DNA of 63,639 bases from Octopus bimaculoides (taxonomy: Eukaryota): assembly GCF_001194135.2 (NCBI RefSeq), contig NC_068989.1, positions 4,429,608-4,493,246 of the forward strand, written 5' to 3'. Position numbers and translations under genes: made by a program. The stretch's first letter is position 1. Every line of letters starts with the position of its first letter. The notes under the pieces were generated by a model. That model did no database searches and was not told where the DNA came from. It was given only the letters and a program-made list of their open reading frames with translations. Shown piece by piece: positions 41,645-55,900 of the stretch.

Positions 41645-44600
41645 AAGAAAGAAAGAAAAGAAGTTCACTTCACAACCTTGGGGTCCTGTCTTGGCTCCCA
41701 GTGCGTGGCATCTTGGGAATGTGTCCTTAACATCTCTAATCATCCCAGGTATTATAAGTGAATTTGTATTACAGGTGTAGCTGGATGGAACGTACCAGTT
41801 AAGTGTCCCGATGATTCTACTTGGAATTCACATTGATACACTTATCTGTGGAGTACTCAGCCATTTTGCTCACGAATTGAATAATTCGGTCATCCAGTTG
41901 ACTGAACAAGGGGATGCTCATACGTCGAGATTGACGGTAGAGCATCCATCACACACCCACCCACCTACAAAATCACACACATGCATACATACACACATAC
42001 ACGTATATANNNNNNNNNNNNNNNNNNNNNNNNNNNNNNNNNNNNNNNNNNNNNNNNNNNNNNNNNNNNNNNNNNNNNNNNNNNNNNNNNNNNNNNNNNN
42101 NNNNNNNNNNNNNNNNNNNNNNNNNNNNNNNNNNNNNNNNNNNNNNNNNCCCCCCCCCCCACATATATACATACATACATACATACATACATAGAGAGAG
42201 AAAGATTTTATCGCTGGTATAGTGAGACGTTATTTACTGGCGGTGCTCCAGCATGGCCACAACCTATGGGCTGAAACAAGAGAATAAAAGAATACGTTTA
42301 CATGATTTCACTAAGGCATAGCAATACTTAATAGCCATTTGTTTCGAGTTAGACGAGTTCAGAGCGTAATATCAATTACGTGTGTGATGTTTGTGGAACG
42401 AAATTTACTTTCAACACTGTTTGGAAGACAACCGCACAATATTTTTTTGTTAGACATTACGGCAGAGATCTGCTCCTGCTTTTCTCACCAAAATACCTGT
42501 CGCTCCGACCATTGTTATCTCCTAGGTTGGACCCACTATAGTGATGAAACAAACATTTCACCCTGTTAGTATCGCTAATAATATTTCTACTGCCATTCAG
42601 TCAATATTTGTCGTTTCATAGACCTTTACATCCCTATCTTGTTTGTGTGTCAGTAAATTAATTTTTAAATATTTAATACCAATTATTAATAACTTTACAA
42701 ATTTGTGAACTTTCCATTAAGATTTGTTTTTGATGTCCATATTTTAACCACTATTCAGTTTGTATGGCCTTCGACCCTTATCTTAAAGCCAATNNNNNNN
42801 NNNNNNNNNNNNNNNNNNNNNNNNNNNNNNNNNNNNNNNNNNNNNNNNNNNNNNNNNNNNNNNNNNNNNNNNNNNNNNNNNNNNNNNNNNNNNNNNNNNN
42901 NNNNNNNNNNNNNNNNNNNNNNNNNNNNNNNNNNNNNNNNNNNNNNNNNNNNNNNNNNNNNNNNNNNNNNNNNNNNNNNNNNNNNNNNNNNNNNNNNNNN
43001 NNNNNNNNNNNNNNNNNNNNNNNNNNNNNNNNNNNNNNNNNNNNNNNNNNNNNNNNNNNNNNNNNNNNNNNNNNNNNNNNNNNNNNNNNNNNNNNNNNNN
43101 NNNNNNNNNNNNNNNNNNNNNNNNNNNNNNNNNNNNNNNNNNNNNNNNNNNNNNNNNNNNNNNNNNNNNNNNNNNNNNNNNNNNNNNNNNNNNNNNNNNN
43201 NNNNNNNNNNNNNNNNNNNNNNNNNNNNNNNNNTAGTGGATGCTGAACAGAACTTAACGAACATTCTATGAGCAAAGATTAAACCGAAAAGATATTAACA
43301 GCTTGCGTCTAGACAACCTGACGAACTGTTAACAGTATTGCATATTTATAATGGACTAATTGCGAGGTTCAATTTGGGGTCGAGAATCTTGGATTTGGCC
43401 CAGACTCTCAAATGTCGAAATGAGCTGGTGCAATGAATTGGTTGAAATCGCGATAGATGTAGCCATGTTGGACATCATTTCTGTGGCACATTGCCGTTTG
43501 GCAGCCATGCTTTCTTTTAAGAAATTTGAGATGATTGAAACGCTTTTTATTTCAATGTACGGCTCAGTAAGTCCGAAACAGAAACCACATGACACACAGC
43601 CATACCTGCGCATAGTTCAATGTTTTATCTCAAAATTCAATTGCTTCTCAATTTTTGCCTCATGTGAAACGTTGAAACGACTCTAAGTCTCGCATATCTC
43701 TCTGCAAATGACTGGGTTGTATATTACTATTGTGGTTGACATATATAATAATGACTGATTAAGTGGATATTGCTTTCGGCTTCAGCTTTATTGCGCGACA
43801 ATTTTTGGTAAATGCCCTCTGTAGGCCCGAGCTGACCAAAATCTTTTGAGTGAAATTCGCTATACAGAAACTTCGTAGAAGCACAGCAAAACCGTAGACA
43901 TACTCTGTTTAATACCACCTAACCATTTCTTTTTGCCTTCTAGCTAAGCACGCTCTGTGGTAAGGCTTTGGTCGGCCCGAGGCTATAGTAGAAGATACTT
44001 GCCCAACGTGCTACTTAACACACAGCCACTCCTGCACCTATCTATATCCTTCATTGATATTTCATACACTTTTGATACTATAGTTTCAACAAAACTAAAA
44101 TGTTTATTATTGCAATTGAATAAAAAAGGATAAATATGCTTTTGTTTTCAGCGATCCCCATTTGAAACTTGTCGAAATATTTATAATTTCCAAAATAATT
44201 CACATATAAAGAAAATTTAAATACTATATATTATTTTAACTCCCATGACACCTGGCAAAGCCTAAAACTATGAATTTAAAAAAATTGGCAGTTAATGAGT
44301 TAAAACAAATGACGTGTGGTATTTTATTACACGTCATTTACATTCTAAGATCAAATTTCACTTCGATTGTCTTTGTTTTTTGATACAAGAGGTTGATGCA
44401 AGAACCAGTCAGCTACGATTGAATCAACTGTTCCTGACTCTGCAAAGTGTTGTAGTTGTGGGCATGTGTTGCACATCATCGTTTTTAGCTTGTATAATTC
44501 GCCAAAATATGTATCGTCACACAAAAGTTTGTCAATGTAACTTCAGAGTTTACGCCATACCGATGTTAAAATCTCCTTTCGTCGCCAAGAAGCTTCATCA

Positions 44601-46847
44601 CTGCTTCATAAAATATTCTTTCTTGCCAAGCAATGCATATTTACTGGTAGTTGGATGGGGCACCTCAAGAAACTTTTTTATCGGATGAAATAGAATCAAG
44701 CTTTTCCCTCGGTGTATTACTGTTAATTGCTTTCAATTTATAAACGTGACAGGCATTTTTTCTTCGATAAAAATACTTTTTTTTCAGAAAGGCTCAAACT
44801 TGATCAGATCATATTTCCATAAAATCTCCCTGAGAAAAATATTTGATCGGGTTTGCACAGCCAACAGAAGACAGGGAACAGAGAATTACATTTCGGTTTT
44901 TAATTCGTGCTCGAACCCAAAGATGACGGCACTGTTTTGAGAAAAATGGAGATAGTACAAACACAAGTACTCTTAATATAAAGAATGGTATCTAGTAAAT
45001 AAAATCAAATAAGCCAACTTGATGGCATAATAAAAGCAAAGACATATTACATACACCCCAATGTTGTCGGTATATATTCAACAGAGAAAAGTTTTAGAGC
45101 AATAAAGCATGGAATATTTAAAGCCTTTTTGCCTATAAGACCCGCGGTGATTTCTGTGTTTTTGAGACCTCCTTTTGGGGGAAGAATGCATACTATATTC
45201 CATCAAATACGATAATTCTTGAAATGATTGTTTTTTTCTTGTGTGTATTTACTAAAACATCAGGCAAACTGTCTGGCAGTATATATTTTGATATCTTTAT
45301 TCACTGAAATAAAAAAAACTGATTAAGTCGGCTTTATCGTTCGTCTTTTACTAAATATAAACTTTTTCAGAAATATAAACAGAAGTTGAACCACCTCACA
45401 GAATAATAGACATGTCGCGCTGAATAAGATTTGTGATTGAAGCGCGTATATAAAATATTTAATAATAAAAAATTCTTCAAAACGGTGTTTTGATAAAAAT
45501 ATATTAAAACTGGAATTTATAAAAAAATTTCCAGACAGTGTAGCCATTAATAATTATTTGCTTTTAGTAAAAGTTCCACTGAATAAGCAGCTTTTTCCAT
45601 TATTGTATAGATGTGAATTTGTCCAGTGAGAAAGAAATCAAAATTACTATTTGTATAATTTTAGTTTAGTGACTGTCTTAGTTACAATACTGACTCGAAT
45701 TAAAAATACCCGGCAGTATTTAACCTTTCTACGTTTGTGGTTTAAACACTGCCATAAGCAGATTTGTTAATTCTAGAGTATCAAGCGATGATTTTGGGAT
45801 TCACTGGTTGATTCCTTTTATAATGGTGATGTCTGGCTCTGAAACATTCAGATCAGCTGGAATCAAAAAGACTCCCGAGGAAAGTGAGTGATTATCCTTC
45901 AAAGCATAGCAGGTCTACATCTAGGTCTACAACATTTAAAACCTCGTATTAAGACGTATAAGCTTTGATAAACCAGAAATCCTAATATTAAACAAAACTG
46001 TATATAACTACATTTAGCATAGCCAGGACTTCCAGTCCTACAAACCAATTAGTTAGAAAAATAAAGAACGCCAAACTATATAAATTGCAACATTTATTCA
46101 CCCTTCTTGACGTTCTGTGAAAAGCGTAGACGGTTAAATTGTTGGGCTTCTGACCGTAATGTTGTGGGTTCCGTTTCGATGTATCCTAAGCTGAGACAAT
46201 TCTTTTCACGTTGACAGAGCCCTTTCAGATATAATGGTGTTTGTCACAAATTGTCATATTGCAAAATTCTAGCCTAAAATCTTGCAAATGCAAGATGTCG
46301 ACGGCCCTTGATGACTGCGACATACTGTGCAAGGGTTGAATTTTTTCCTATTACCGCAATCAAAAGAAGTGAGGACAGCGATTCGAGTTTTTTCCGTCGT
46401 CGTACAGTATGTAACCATGTATCAGTAGCAGCCATGATGGAGCAAACCTTTTACCAAAGACCTACTAACCCTTGTTTTTATTCCAGACACTATACAACAA
46501 GGACACAACATCTAAAGTGTCGCTTTTTTAGACAGTTGGCTATGAATTGTAAGTGATTTTTGCAGTTCTTTCACACATTTGAAGTGATCTCCCAGATACA
46601 TCCTCTTTGGTTATAAGACCAATAAAGTAGGTACCAGCTACAAATTAGGAGAGATACATTTTGAAGGAACCCCTAATTCGTCCACTTCTTTTCATGATCG
46701 TACCCTTTCGGTCATTATCCAGCATTTTCACTTAAATGTTTCCTAGTGACGATATCAGAAGTGCCATGATGTTTGTGTCCTCGTTTTATTCTTTCTGCTT
46801 ATTCTAAGTTCACACATTGCAACAGTTTTATTTGATTTTCTTTGAAG

Positions 46848-46887
46848 GTTCTGATATCAAAACTTAAGAAATAAGATGAATTTTGAG
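46848..46887 (+). CDS. CHS: Candidate start-codon exon (ATG 46876, MNFE)
   Basis: ttttctttgaag acceptor, gag|gtatgt donor; in-frame stop just upstream of the ATG; phase 0 joins the 48627 exon. Confidence 0.6.
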
Positions 46888-48956
46888 GTATGTAACGTTT
46901 AATTTTTCCCCCTCTCATTTTAAATTTACAGTGGTTAACTGCCTTAATTAGTGTCAACAGCTAACTGGAGTTGATCGACAGCTGTAAAAAAAAATAAAAC
47001 TAAACAGCATAAAAATCATACGCTTATAATAATAAAGAAACGAAACTTCTCGTTCTTTTCTCTCCAACTTTCCTACTCAGACTTTTTTCTTTGTGAATGA
47101 AAATATATNNNNNNNNNNNNNNNNNNNNNNNNNNNNNNNNNNNNNNNNNNNNNNNNNNNNNNNNNNNNNNNNNNNNNNNNNNNNNNNNNNNNNNNNNNNN
47201 NNNNNNNNNNNNNNNNNNNNNNNNNNNNNNNNNNNNNNNNNNNNNNNNNNNNNNNNNNNNNNNNNNNNNNNNNNNNNNNNNNNNNNNNNNNNNNNNNNNN
47301 NNNNNNNNNNNNNNNNNNNNNNNNNNNNNNNNNNNNNNNNNNNNNNNNNNNNNNNNNNNNNNNNNNNNNNNNNNNNNNNNNNNNNNNNNNNNNNNNNNNN
47401 NNNNNNNNNNNNNNNNNNNNNNNNNNNNNNNNNNNNNNNNNNNNNNNNNNNNNNNNNNNNNNNNNNNNNNNNNNNNNNNNNNNNNNNNNNNNNNNNNNNN
47501 NNNNNNNNNNNNNNNNNNNNNNNNNNNNNNNNNNNNNNNNNNNNNNNNNNNNNNNNNNNNNNNNNNNNNNNNNNNNNNNNNNNNNNNNNNNNNNNNNNNN
47601 NNNNNNNNNNNNNNNNNNNNNNNNNNNNNNNNTGCTGAAAGCAGCCATGTCGGGGACAAGTTAGGTCGAAATCATTTTACCGATGCTTTGTTTTTTGTTT
47701 ATATTTTCATTGCTTATTTCGACTGAATGAATCGCTTATTTACTAAGGATTTTAAACGAATTTTCCTAACGAATTTTGACTTTGCTTTTCATCCTTCTGG
47801 GTGGCTACGCGAAATGTTAGGGCATCGGAGAAGATGTCTGGCAATATATGTTTCCTTTCTAAGCTGGCGATCTGGCAGAAACACTAGCACGCCGGGCGAA
47901 ATGTTTAACGGTATTTCGTCTCTTTACGTTCCGAGTTCAAATTCCACCGAGGTAGACTTCACCTTTCATCCTTTCGGAGTCAATAAATTAAGTCCCAGTT
48001 GCATACTGGGGTCGATCTAATCGACTGTCTCCCTCCCCAGAAATTTCGGGCCTTGTATCTAGCGTAGAAAAGCATATTTGTTCCGACTCTTTGCGTTGTC
48101 AGTTCAAATTCTGCTGCAGCCTACTTCGGTGATAACCTTAATGTTTCTCCTGGTTTAACATCACCATTTGATTCCTCGATATCTCTAGTGGAGTACACTT
48201 TTCTGCAGGCATTTGGGTTAAATATTCGGACCTTGTTCTCTTCTCCCTATCACTAGAATTCGAGGTATTCTAAAGGGCTGTACACTCTACCCTTCCCATC
48301 CCTAAAAGGGTCGCCAGTCCCTTACAGGGTTACTCAACGACTGGAACAACGTGGAATGAAGCATTTTGTTCAAGAACACATGACGCTGTCCAGTCCGGGA
48401 ATCGAAACCAGAATCTTATGATCAAGAGTGCTATACTCTTACCAGTGGGCCTCGCGCCGAGTTCAAATGCCGCCCAGGTCGACTTTGCCTTCCATCCTTT
48501 TAGGGTCGATAAAATAAGTACCAGTTGAGCAATGGGGTCGATGTAACCGACTAGTCCCCTCCTGCCAAATTCCAGGTCCTGTGCCAATAATAAAATATTA
48601 TTATTATTTTTATTTATTTTTTCCAGATCCTGTTCAAAATTATTGGCTTCATTTTAAACACATTCCTTTTTACATTAACCAAACTCACTTTTCTCTACTT
48701 ATTGCACCTTCACGAGCACGAATCCAAAGAAACATGGTATGTACATCTATTTCTCTTATGGAACTTCTTTGAAAATTTCTATGAAATAAGTTCATGTTAT
48801 CTTGTTTGTACAAAAGACTTTATCGACTAATTTGTGTAGGGACGCGTTTGCACATACACGCATACATACATGTACGTACGTACATACATATCTCCATACA
48901 TATATATGTACATACATTCATACGAACGTACGTACATACATACTAACACACACACA

Positions 48957-49001
<45 letters not shown>

Positions 49002-51169
49002 GGATCTCGTTGCTAAACATACAAGAAAAATATAAGATTGTATCTAAGAGTGAAGTTTATAGATATTCATGTAATAAACAGAAAAGAAACGATTTACCTT
49101 TATTTGCATTCAGAATGAATGTTATATCAATAAGACTGACTTCCTTTCTGCAGCTTTGCAATGATATCGGTATATGATATACGATATATATGCAATGAGT
49201 TCTAGGAAGGGAACAAACCAACAGCCCTTTCAAAGTCTTCAGTTATTTGATTTCTGAAAGCGATCTTCTTCAGCCTCAGAACTACATTCTCTCTCGTCTT
49301 TAGCTTCAAAGATATAAAACTTCTTTAATAGCCTCCCCTTCTTATTGATTCAATATTACAAAACGGTTTCTCAACACTGCTGCGGGTCTTTAACTTTAAA
49401 AGATTCTTAGAAGGGCTCAGAATCTCCAGGCAAAAGGCATCGATTGTATTTGTGGATTTGTCCAGATCATTTAATAGCATCGATAGAAAGGCGCCTGTTG
49501 CATAACCTTTTGAATTATGATGTCCCAGATGCGACATCCATTACCGTCACATCTGGAAACTCATTATGCTTCATGCAAATCCCAGACTGGCCAGCCGGTA
49601 TCCTTCAGAAAGATATCTTAAAACATTTTCTTTTTGTAACTCTGATGGATACATCCTTGGCACAAACTCCTAACTCCAAGGCATAACTTCACCATCAATT
49701 GATCAAAACTTTATATATATATATATGTTTCACTACGTCCATAAATCTCATCAACAATGTGATGTGAAAGAATCCCTTCAGAATGCTGCAGCCAAAATCA
49801 CTCGGTTTCCCGATGCAAAGAAATATGAAAGTGTGACAATCAATGAGAACTAAAGCCACTTGCCAATAAATTCCAATGATAATATACAACTTGTGGGGGT
49901 CAGTAACTTTCTGTTCTTGGACCCTAAATTGCTGAGAATAACAAATACGTCCTGACATGCAAGGGAGACAATCTTGGAGACCCTGTAACAAGCTTTAAAA
50001 TATCTAGCAACCAATCTTTCAATGCCAGTTACATTAGAAATTACATTTTGGAAATTTGAAAAAAATTGTATCTCTCTTCAGACATATAGTGACTTAATGC
50101 CAAGGAGAGAAGAAACAAAAAACGAACGAATTTATCTGAAAACAGTGTTAGAATAATCAATATCGTGGAATCACGATCGTATTTCTCTTATCTTAAAAAA
50201 AAAAAAAGAAAAAACGTTGCCTTGATGGAAGGTTTTTAACAATTTTCCTTTTTCTCTTTACAGGATAGCTACAATGACATTAGTGCTTGCTGTGCCCGAA
50301 ATTATTACTTTAGTCAAACTTTTGTGGAGCACGTCTTTTCTTGTCTCTGGCAAATTAAGAGAATGGCCGTCGCTGCCATCTTTGGTATCGGTATGTCACA
50401 AATTTAATATTTTGTTTTTTTTCATTTATAAATGCTTAATAGCGTTTTCCTTATTGCGTGTGTGTGTGTGTGTGTGTGTGTACTGTGGCGAGCTGATATT
50501 CGGAAGTCACGCTGCATGCCATCTTACGCAAAGTCAGAAACAAAGGTATATATATATCATATTAGAGGAAAAAGGACAACAAAAACCAGAGCAGGATGAG
50601 TATCTCAAGTCATCTAGAATATTTAATTAGGGTAATGTGAATTTGAAGTCTTACAACTGTTTCTGGGATATCCCAAGTGATAGGCTAGCATGTCTGTACA
50701 CAGGGCATTTCATCATTACAGACAAGGTATGTATGAAAGTTCTAGAATAGAAGAATAAAGAGTTTTACTCTTAATTCTTCTATTATTTCATTCCTTATAA
50801 ACTCTGAATTTCGCTGTCTAAATCTTCCGTACATACTCACCTTGTCTCTGACGTTGGAATACCCAGTGTACTAACATGCTAGCCTGTCACTTGGGATACC
50901 TCAAAAACAGCTGTAAGACTTCAAATTCACGTTACTCTAATTAAATATTCTAAATGACTTAAGATAGTCGTCCTACCTTGGTTTTAGTTGTGTTTTTCTC
51001 TCTAATATAATATATACCTGCTAACTCGGAAGCCTAATACGGATCCCTAGTTCTAGCCTCATCTGCGAACTCGGAACCTAACGGATGACCAATTATAGTA
51101 CTTATTCATTTAGATCACCAGTGAACTAAACCCCACATAATCTCTCTGCCCCACCTCTCTCTCTCTCTC

Positions 51170-51224
<55 letters not shown>

Positions 51225-52946
51225 TCACCTCAGGGAAAATGGAAGAATTCGTTGACGTTTGGAGCCTATGATTTTCAAAAATGGTAGATGAAGAGAGAGA
51301 ATNNNNNNNNNNNNNNNNNNNNNNNNNNNNNNNNNNNNNNNNNNNNNNNNNNNNNNNNNNNNNNNNNCGTTCTACAATTTCTGTCTAGCAGATCATCTCA
51401 CAGGGCATTGTTCGGTGCAGGGTTTTGATATAAGACACTTGCCCAAAGTGCCACACTGTGAGACTGCTAGGCATTCAACTCGTTATATTTCTTGGTGAGC
51501 ATGCACAACCTAATGGTCAAAGTGTTTCACTCAATATTATAAATCCTATTTCATGTCTATTCACCCGTAAAATCTAGAATTCGGGAGCTGGTACAACTTT
51601 CCTTTACTTCCACCGATCACATCCCGGATGTCTTCTGAATGTAGAGTAAGAAGACCAAAAGAGTGCCTGTGTGTTTGAAATTAAACACGTAACACGATTA
51701 AAAACACCACGGTATATACTACTTTGTTCTACTCGTTCGCGAATTACTGCTGGCTATTTTGTTGTTGTTTGTTCCTTCTCGAGCCTGGCTCTCTCTGTCT
51801 CTCTCTCTCTCTCTCTCTCCCCCTCCATCTTTCCCTTTCTCTCTTTTTTATGTACTTCTCTTTCTATTCTCTGTCTCTGTCTCTCTTTCTCTCCGTCTAT
51901 CTCTCTGATTTTTGACCGTTTCTTCCATCAGTCTGATTCATGTTATTTCCACTTTATCTGTTTTCAGGGTATCGTCTGCTCTATAATGGAAAGCACCTCG
52001 TTAATATTTTTTGTTATGAGAATCGGTCCCAAACTTCATCCGATTATCCTCATCCCGTTACTAAGCAGTGTGCTCTGCTTCCATGTAATTTCAGTATCTT
52101 TTAAACAGGGAATAGTAAGTATTTATCTATTCGGAGATATCTCAGTTGTTTAATGCGTTCCTTAGCATTTATTGATATGCATGTATATAAAAAGCTCAGA
52201 CTGGATAACGCTTGGGAAATAAACCAACTTACACACTGCGTACATTAAGATACATTACCAAAGTACACACATAACATATGTATTCTATATATCCTTTCCA
52301 AGGTTGTGTATTCATATTTCTTGTGGAAATACGTGATGAGTGATATTGTACCATCCATGGATGCACGATTATATAACCGTGCCATGAAATTCAATGACTA
52401 GGTTTTCAGACTATCAAAATATGAACTTTATTCTGCATCTGTATTGAGTATTCTTTATCCGATTCGTGAAATGCTTTCACATTACTTACTTACATACATA
52501 CATACATACATACATACGGAGGAAACAATTCAACAAGAACTGCCCACATACACGTATATGTTAGCACTCAGATGTATGCATGTATTGTGTGAATGTTTAT
52601 GAGCCACACCTATACAAATGTGCATATCTCTAGTGTAGATATAACGAGGATATCTACACTAGAAGCATGGTATTTATCTTTGAGCGGTTTATTGAGAGAC
52701 CAAATTCAATGGTTCCAGACTCCAGAATTATGAGGACGAGGGCGATGTCGTCTGCGAAGACGAGGCCAATGAATTACGATACTGGACGGCATGAACCTTC
52801 CCGGGAACAGAGTTCTACCTCGTTCAAATGTCATAGCGTATCGCAGTACAGTGGTCCCCAACCTTTTCACAGTGGCTCCCCTCCCTTTTACTTAAATACG
52901 TTTTCTCATGGACCCCTTTTAATATGTTTATTCCTATATGTATATA

Positions 52947-52983
<37 letters not shown>

Positions 52984-55900
52984 GTATGTATATGTATATG
53001 TATGTATATGTATATGTATGTATATGTATATGTATGTATATGTATATGTATGTATATGTATAGGTATGTATATGTATAGGTATGTATATGTATAGGTATG
53101 TATATGTATAGGTATGTATATGTATAGGTATGTATATGTATAGGTATGTATATGTATAGGTATGTATATGTATAGGTATGTATATGTATAGGTATAGGTA
53201 TATATATGTATAGGTATATATGAAATTTTGAATTTAGTTCAGACCCCAGTACTACCTTTGCGTACCATCAGGGATACGCGGACTCCAGGTTGGGAACCAC
53301 TGCCGTAGTATATGACCCAAAGTTATGGTGAAAAGGAAAGGCGCTAAGGTGTCCTCTTGGAGTACTCCTGCGAATGTGCCGGTGTCTCCGTCAGGGGTGC
53401 ATACGAGACATTTACAGGTCGCATAGAGAGAGACAGCATATCATTTACAACTTCAATTGGTTTGCAATAAGCAGAGGGAATCTGGAACATTCGCTTACAG
53501 TGGACAAAGTCAAAAGGGGAGTAGGCACACAAAGACTTATGTTTCTTTGCTGAGATGGTTCCAATGAAACGGTGAAGAGTTTAAATATGTTCAGGAGTGG
53601 AGAGGCCTTTGCGAAAGTTGTTTCGGTTTGATCTGAGTAGTGTTTCGATAGGGTTTCGGATGTAATGAACATGATACAGTTGAGAAATTTTGCTGAGCAT
53701 GACATCAGGCTGATGCCATGATACGAGCCATATTCTGGTAGATCTCGCTTCTTCGGAACAGGAATGATGCGGTTCAGCTTGAATTTCGATGGAGTTTGAG
53801 TGGGGATGTAAGTAGAATTTAGAATAGGAAGAAATAAAAAGAAGTAAATCTGGAAGCACACTGCCCACGCCACACGATTTGCCAGTCTTAAGCTGTTTAG
53901 CGTCAGTTAATGCTTATCTGAGGGTAATCTTACCATTTGGAATATTGGTGAGCAGTGATGGGATTGGCATCACAACAAAATTGTCTGTGTGGGATGTATT
54001 GCTATTGAGTAGCTTTTCAAAGTGGGATTTCCGGACTTCTAGCAGATCTTGCGGGTTATTTGGTTTTATATTTTTATAGTTGCTTAGATTTGCCACCAGA
54101 CAAGTTATTTATAGCTTTCCAGTCTGTGGTGATTTGTCTGCTGCCATCTGCTTCTTTCACAAGGTTAATTTGCTCTTCGATGTACGCTTTCTGGTTAACA
54201 TTGAGCTAAGGCTAAGGACGAGGCTGCTACAGCATTAAATGTTGCAGCAGTCTCGTCCCGATCATTTATCTGCTTTGCAGCTGCCATTCTGTTTCGGTCA
54301 TAGTGAACTTTGGCACTCCTCTAAGGAACTTTGTTCTTTGAGAGTCGTACAGAAAGGATTGGTTGCTTAGCAGCGAAGGCAAAAGGCTTCGAGAATGTGG
54401 TGTATTCCTCCATGAGGTCAGGACGTTCTACATGGAGTTCGGTGAATCTATTTTTGCATGTAGTTGGTATCTACGTCGGACAGGGAGGATCAGATATATT
54501 AAGGTGGATTTCCTTTTTGATTGAGTTCAACAGAGATTGAGCTGTATTTCAACGACAGGCCATGTGGTCAGTTTCTGGCAGTGTTTTATGTAGGTCTTTG
54601 TGCGTGAAAATTGGGAAAACTGTGTTTGCAGAAAATTGTGCAACCACTGACAGAATGTCTGAGAAGCTATCACAGTTCCTATTTGGTTTGTCTAGAAGTG
54701 GCCATGGATCTTGTGGCGAGGTCTGCAGACATGCATTCCAGTTACTAAGGATTGCTAGAAAGAGTTTCATCTAGTGGTGTCGATGGCTGGCTGCCTACCA
54801 TCATAGAAGATACTTTCGTTCTATTAATTAGCGAGTAACAAACGATGGTAAATGGTTTAGACCATGGCTTCAGAGATTTTTCAGTAACGGAAAATGTGGA
54901 GACGAGAAGTAACCGCTGAGAGATGGAATTAACGGGTTCTGGAGGAAAGGATGGTGGGGGGGGAGGTGCTGACTAGGAGTCCACTGCCACGATTACCAGT
55001 GTCATTGGGGAAAATGCTGGTGTGGGCGATCTTACACTTCTTATGGGGTTCATTGAGTTAGTTACCAACTTCTACTTCGGCTCTCATGTTTTCTCTATCA
55101 GGACAGATATTAATCTTTGTAAAATGATAATATGGTCAGCACCCGACAAATTATGGAAAGTTTGGAAAACACAACAATTGTCATGAGACCTAAAATTGGC
55201 TTCTTTCGTGCTACGTTCTAATCTGTTTTGCCCTAAGAATGTAAATACTGGCCTCTTACGGCGGTCCAAAAGCGACCAGTGGACGGCACAAACACTCGAC
55301 TTTTATGCAAGGCCTTTGACATCTCTTACACTTGACGATATATCAGACAAGTCACTTTATGGATCGTTTTTGCCCATCAGCCAGACAGTCAAAGACGGCT
55401 AAAATTTGCAGACCACTTTTTTGGAGGAACGTTTTTCTGTATATATATATATAAAGATATTCAACTTACTGAAATAATAATTTGTATATAAGATACACAT
55501 GTAAATATTGCCAGTTTTATTACTAAATTGTATGAAATACTGCCATATAATATGGCTTACTATAAGAAAATACCAAATTGCTAAAACATTTGAATTAAAT
55601 TCTCTCTTTTCTTTTTTTCCAGTGCATATTGGTCCGTGAAATAATCTATTCAAACGTTAAATCTATGAAGAAACTGATTTATGCTGCATTCGGACTAATT
55701 TTTATAGCATTAATTGTGACCACGTCATTTGTGATTGGTTTTAGCCAAATCTTGACTATTTCAGAATCTCTAATTTTGTCCACATCCTTATTGGCTTTAT
55801 CTTTCACGTGGTGCCCTGGAATAGCAATGTTTATAATACGATCTCAAGACGGCTTCGTTGATGGTCGTAAAAATGCCAATATAATTTATACTATTTTGAA

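Noticed and set aside
42722-42793. Plus-strand HILTTIQFVWPSTLILKP as a CHS exon fragment
   Set aside because: Too short, only a weak resemblance, and it ends in a gap.
43356-43686. Overlapping 85- and 108-aa ORFs as the missing CHS linker
   Set aside because: CHS-like words (WHIAVWQP, ETLFISMY) fall in different frames separated by stops, and there is no consistent exon.
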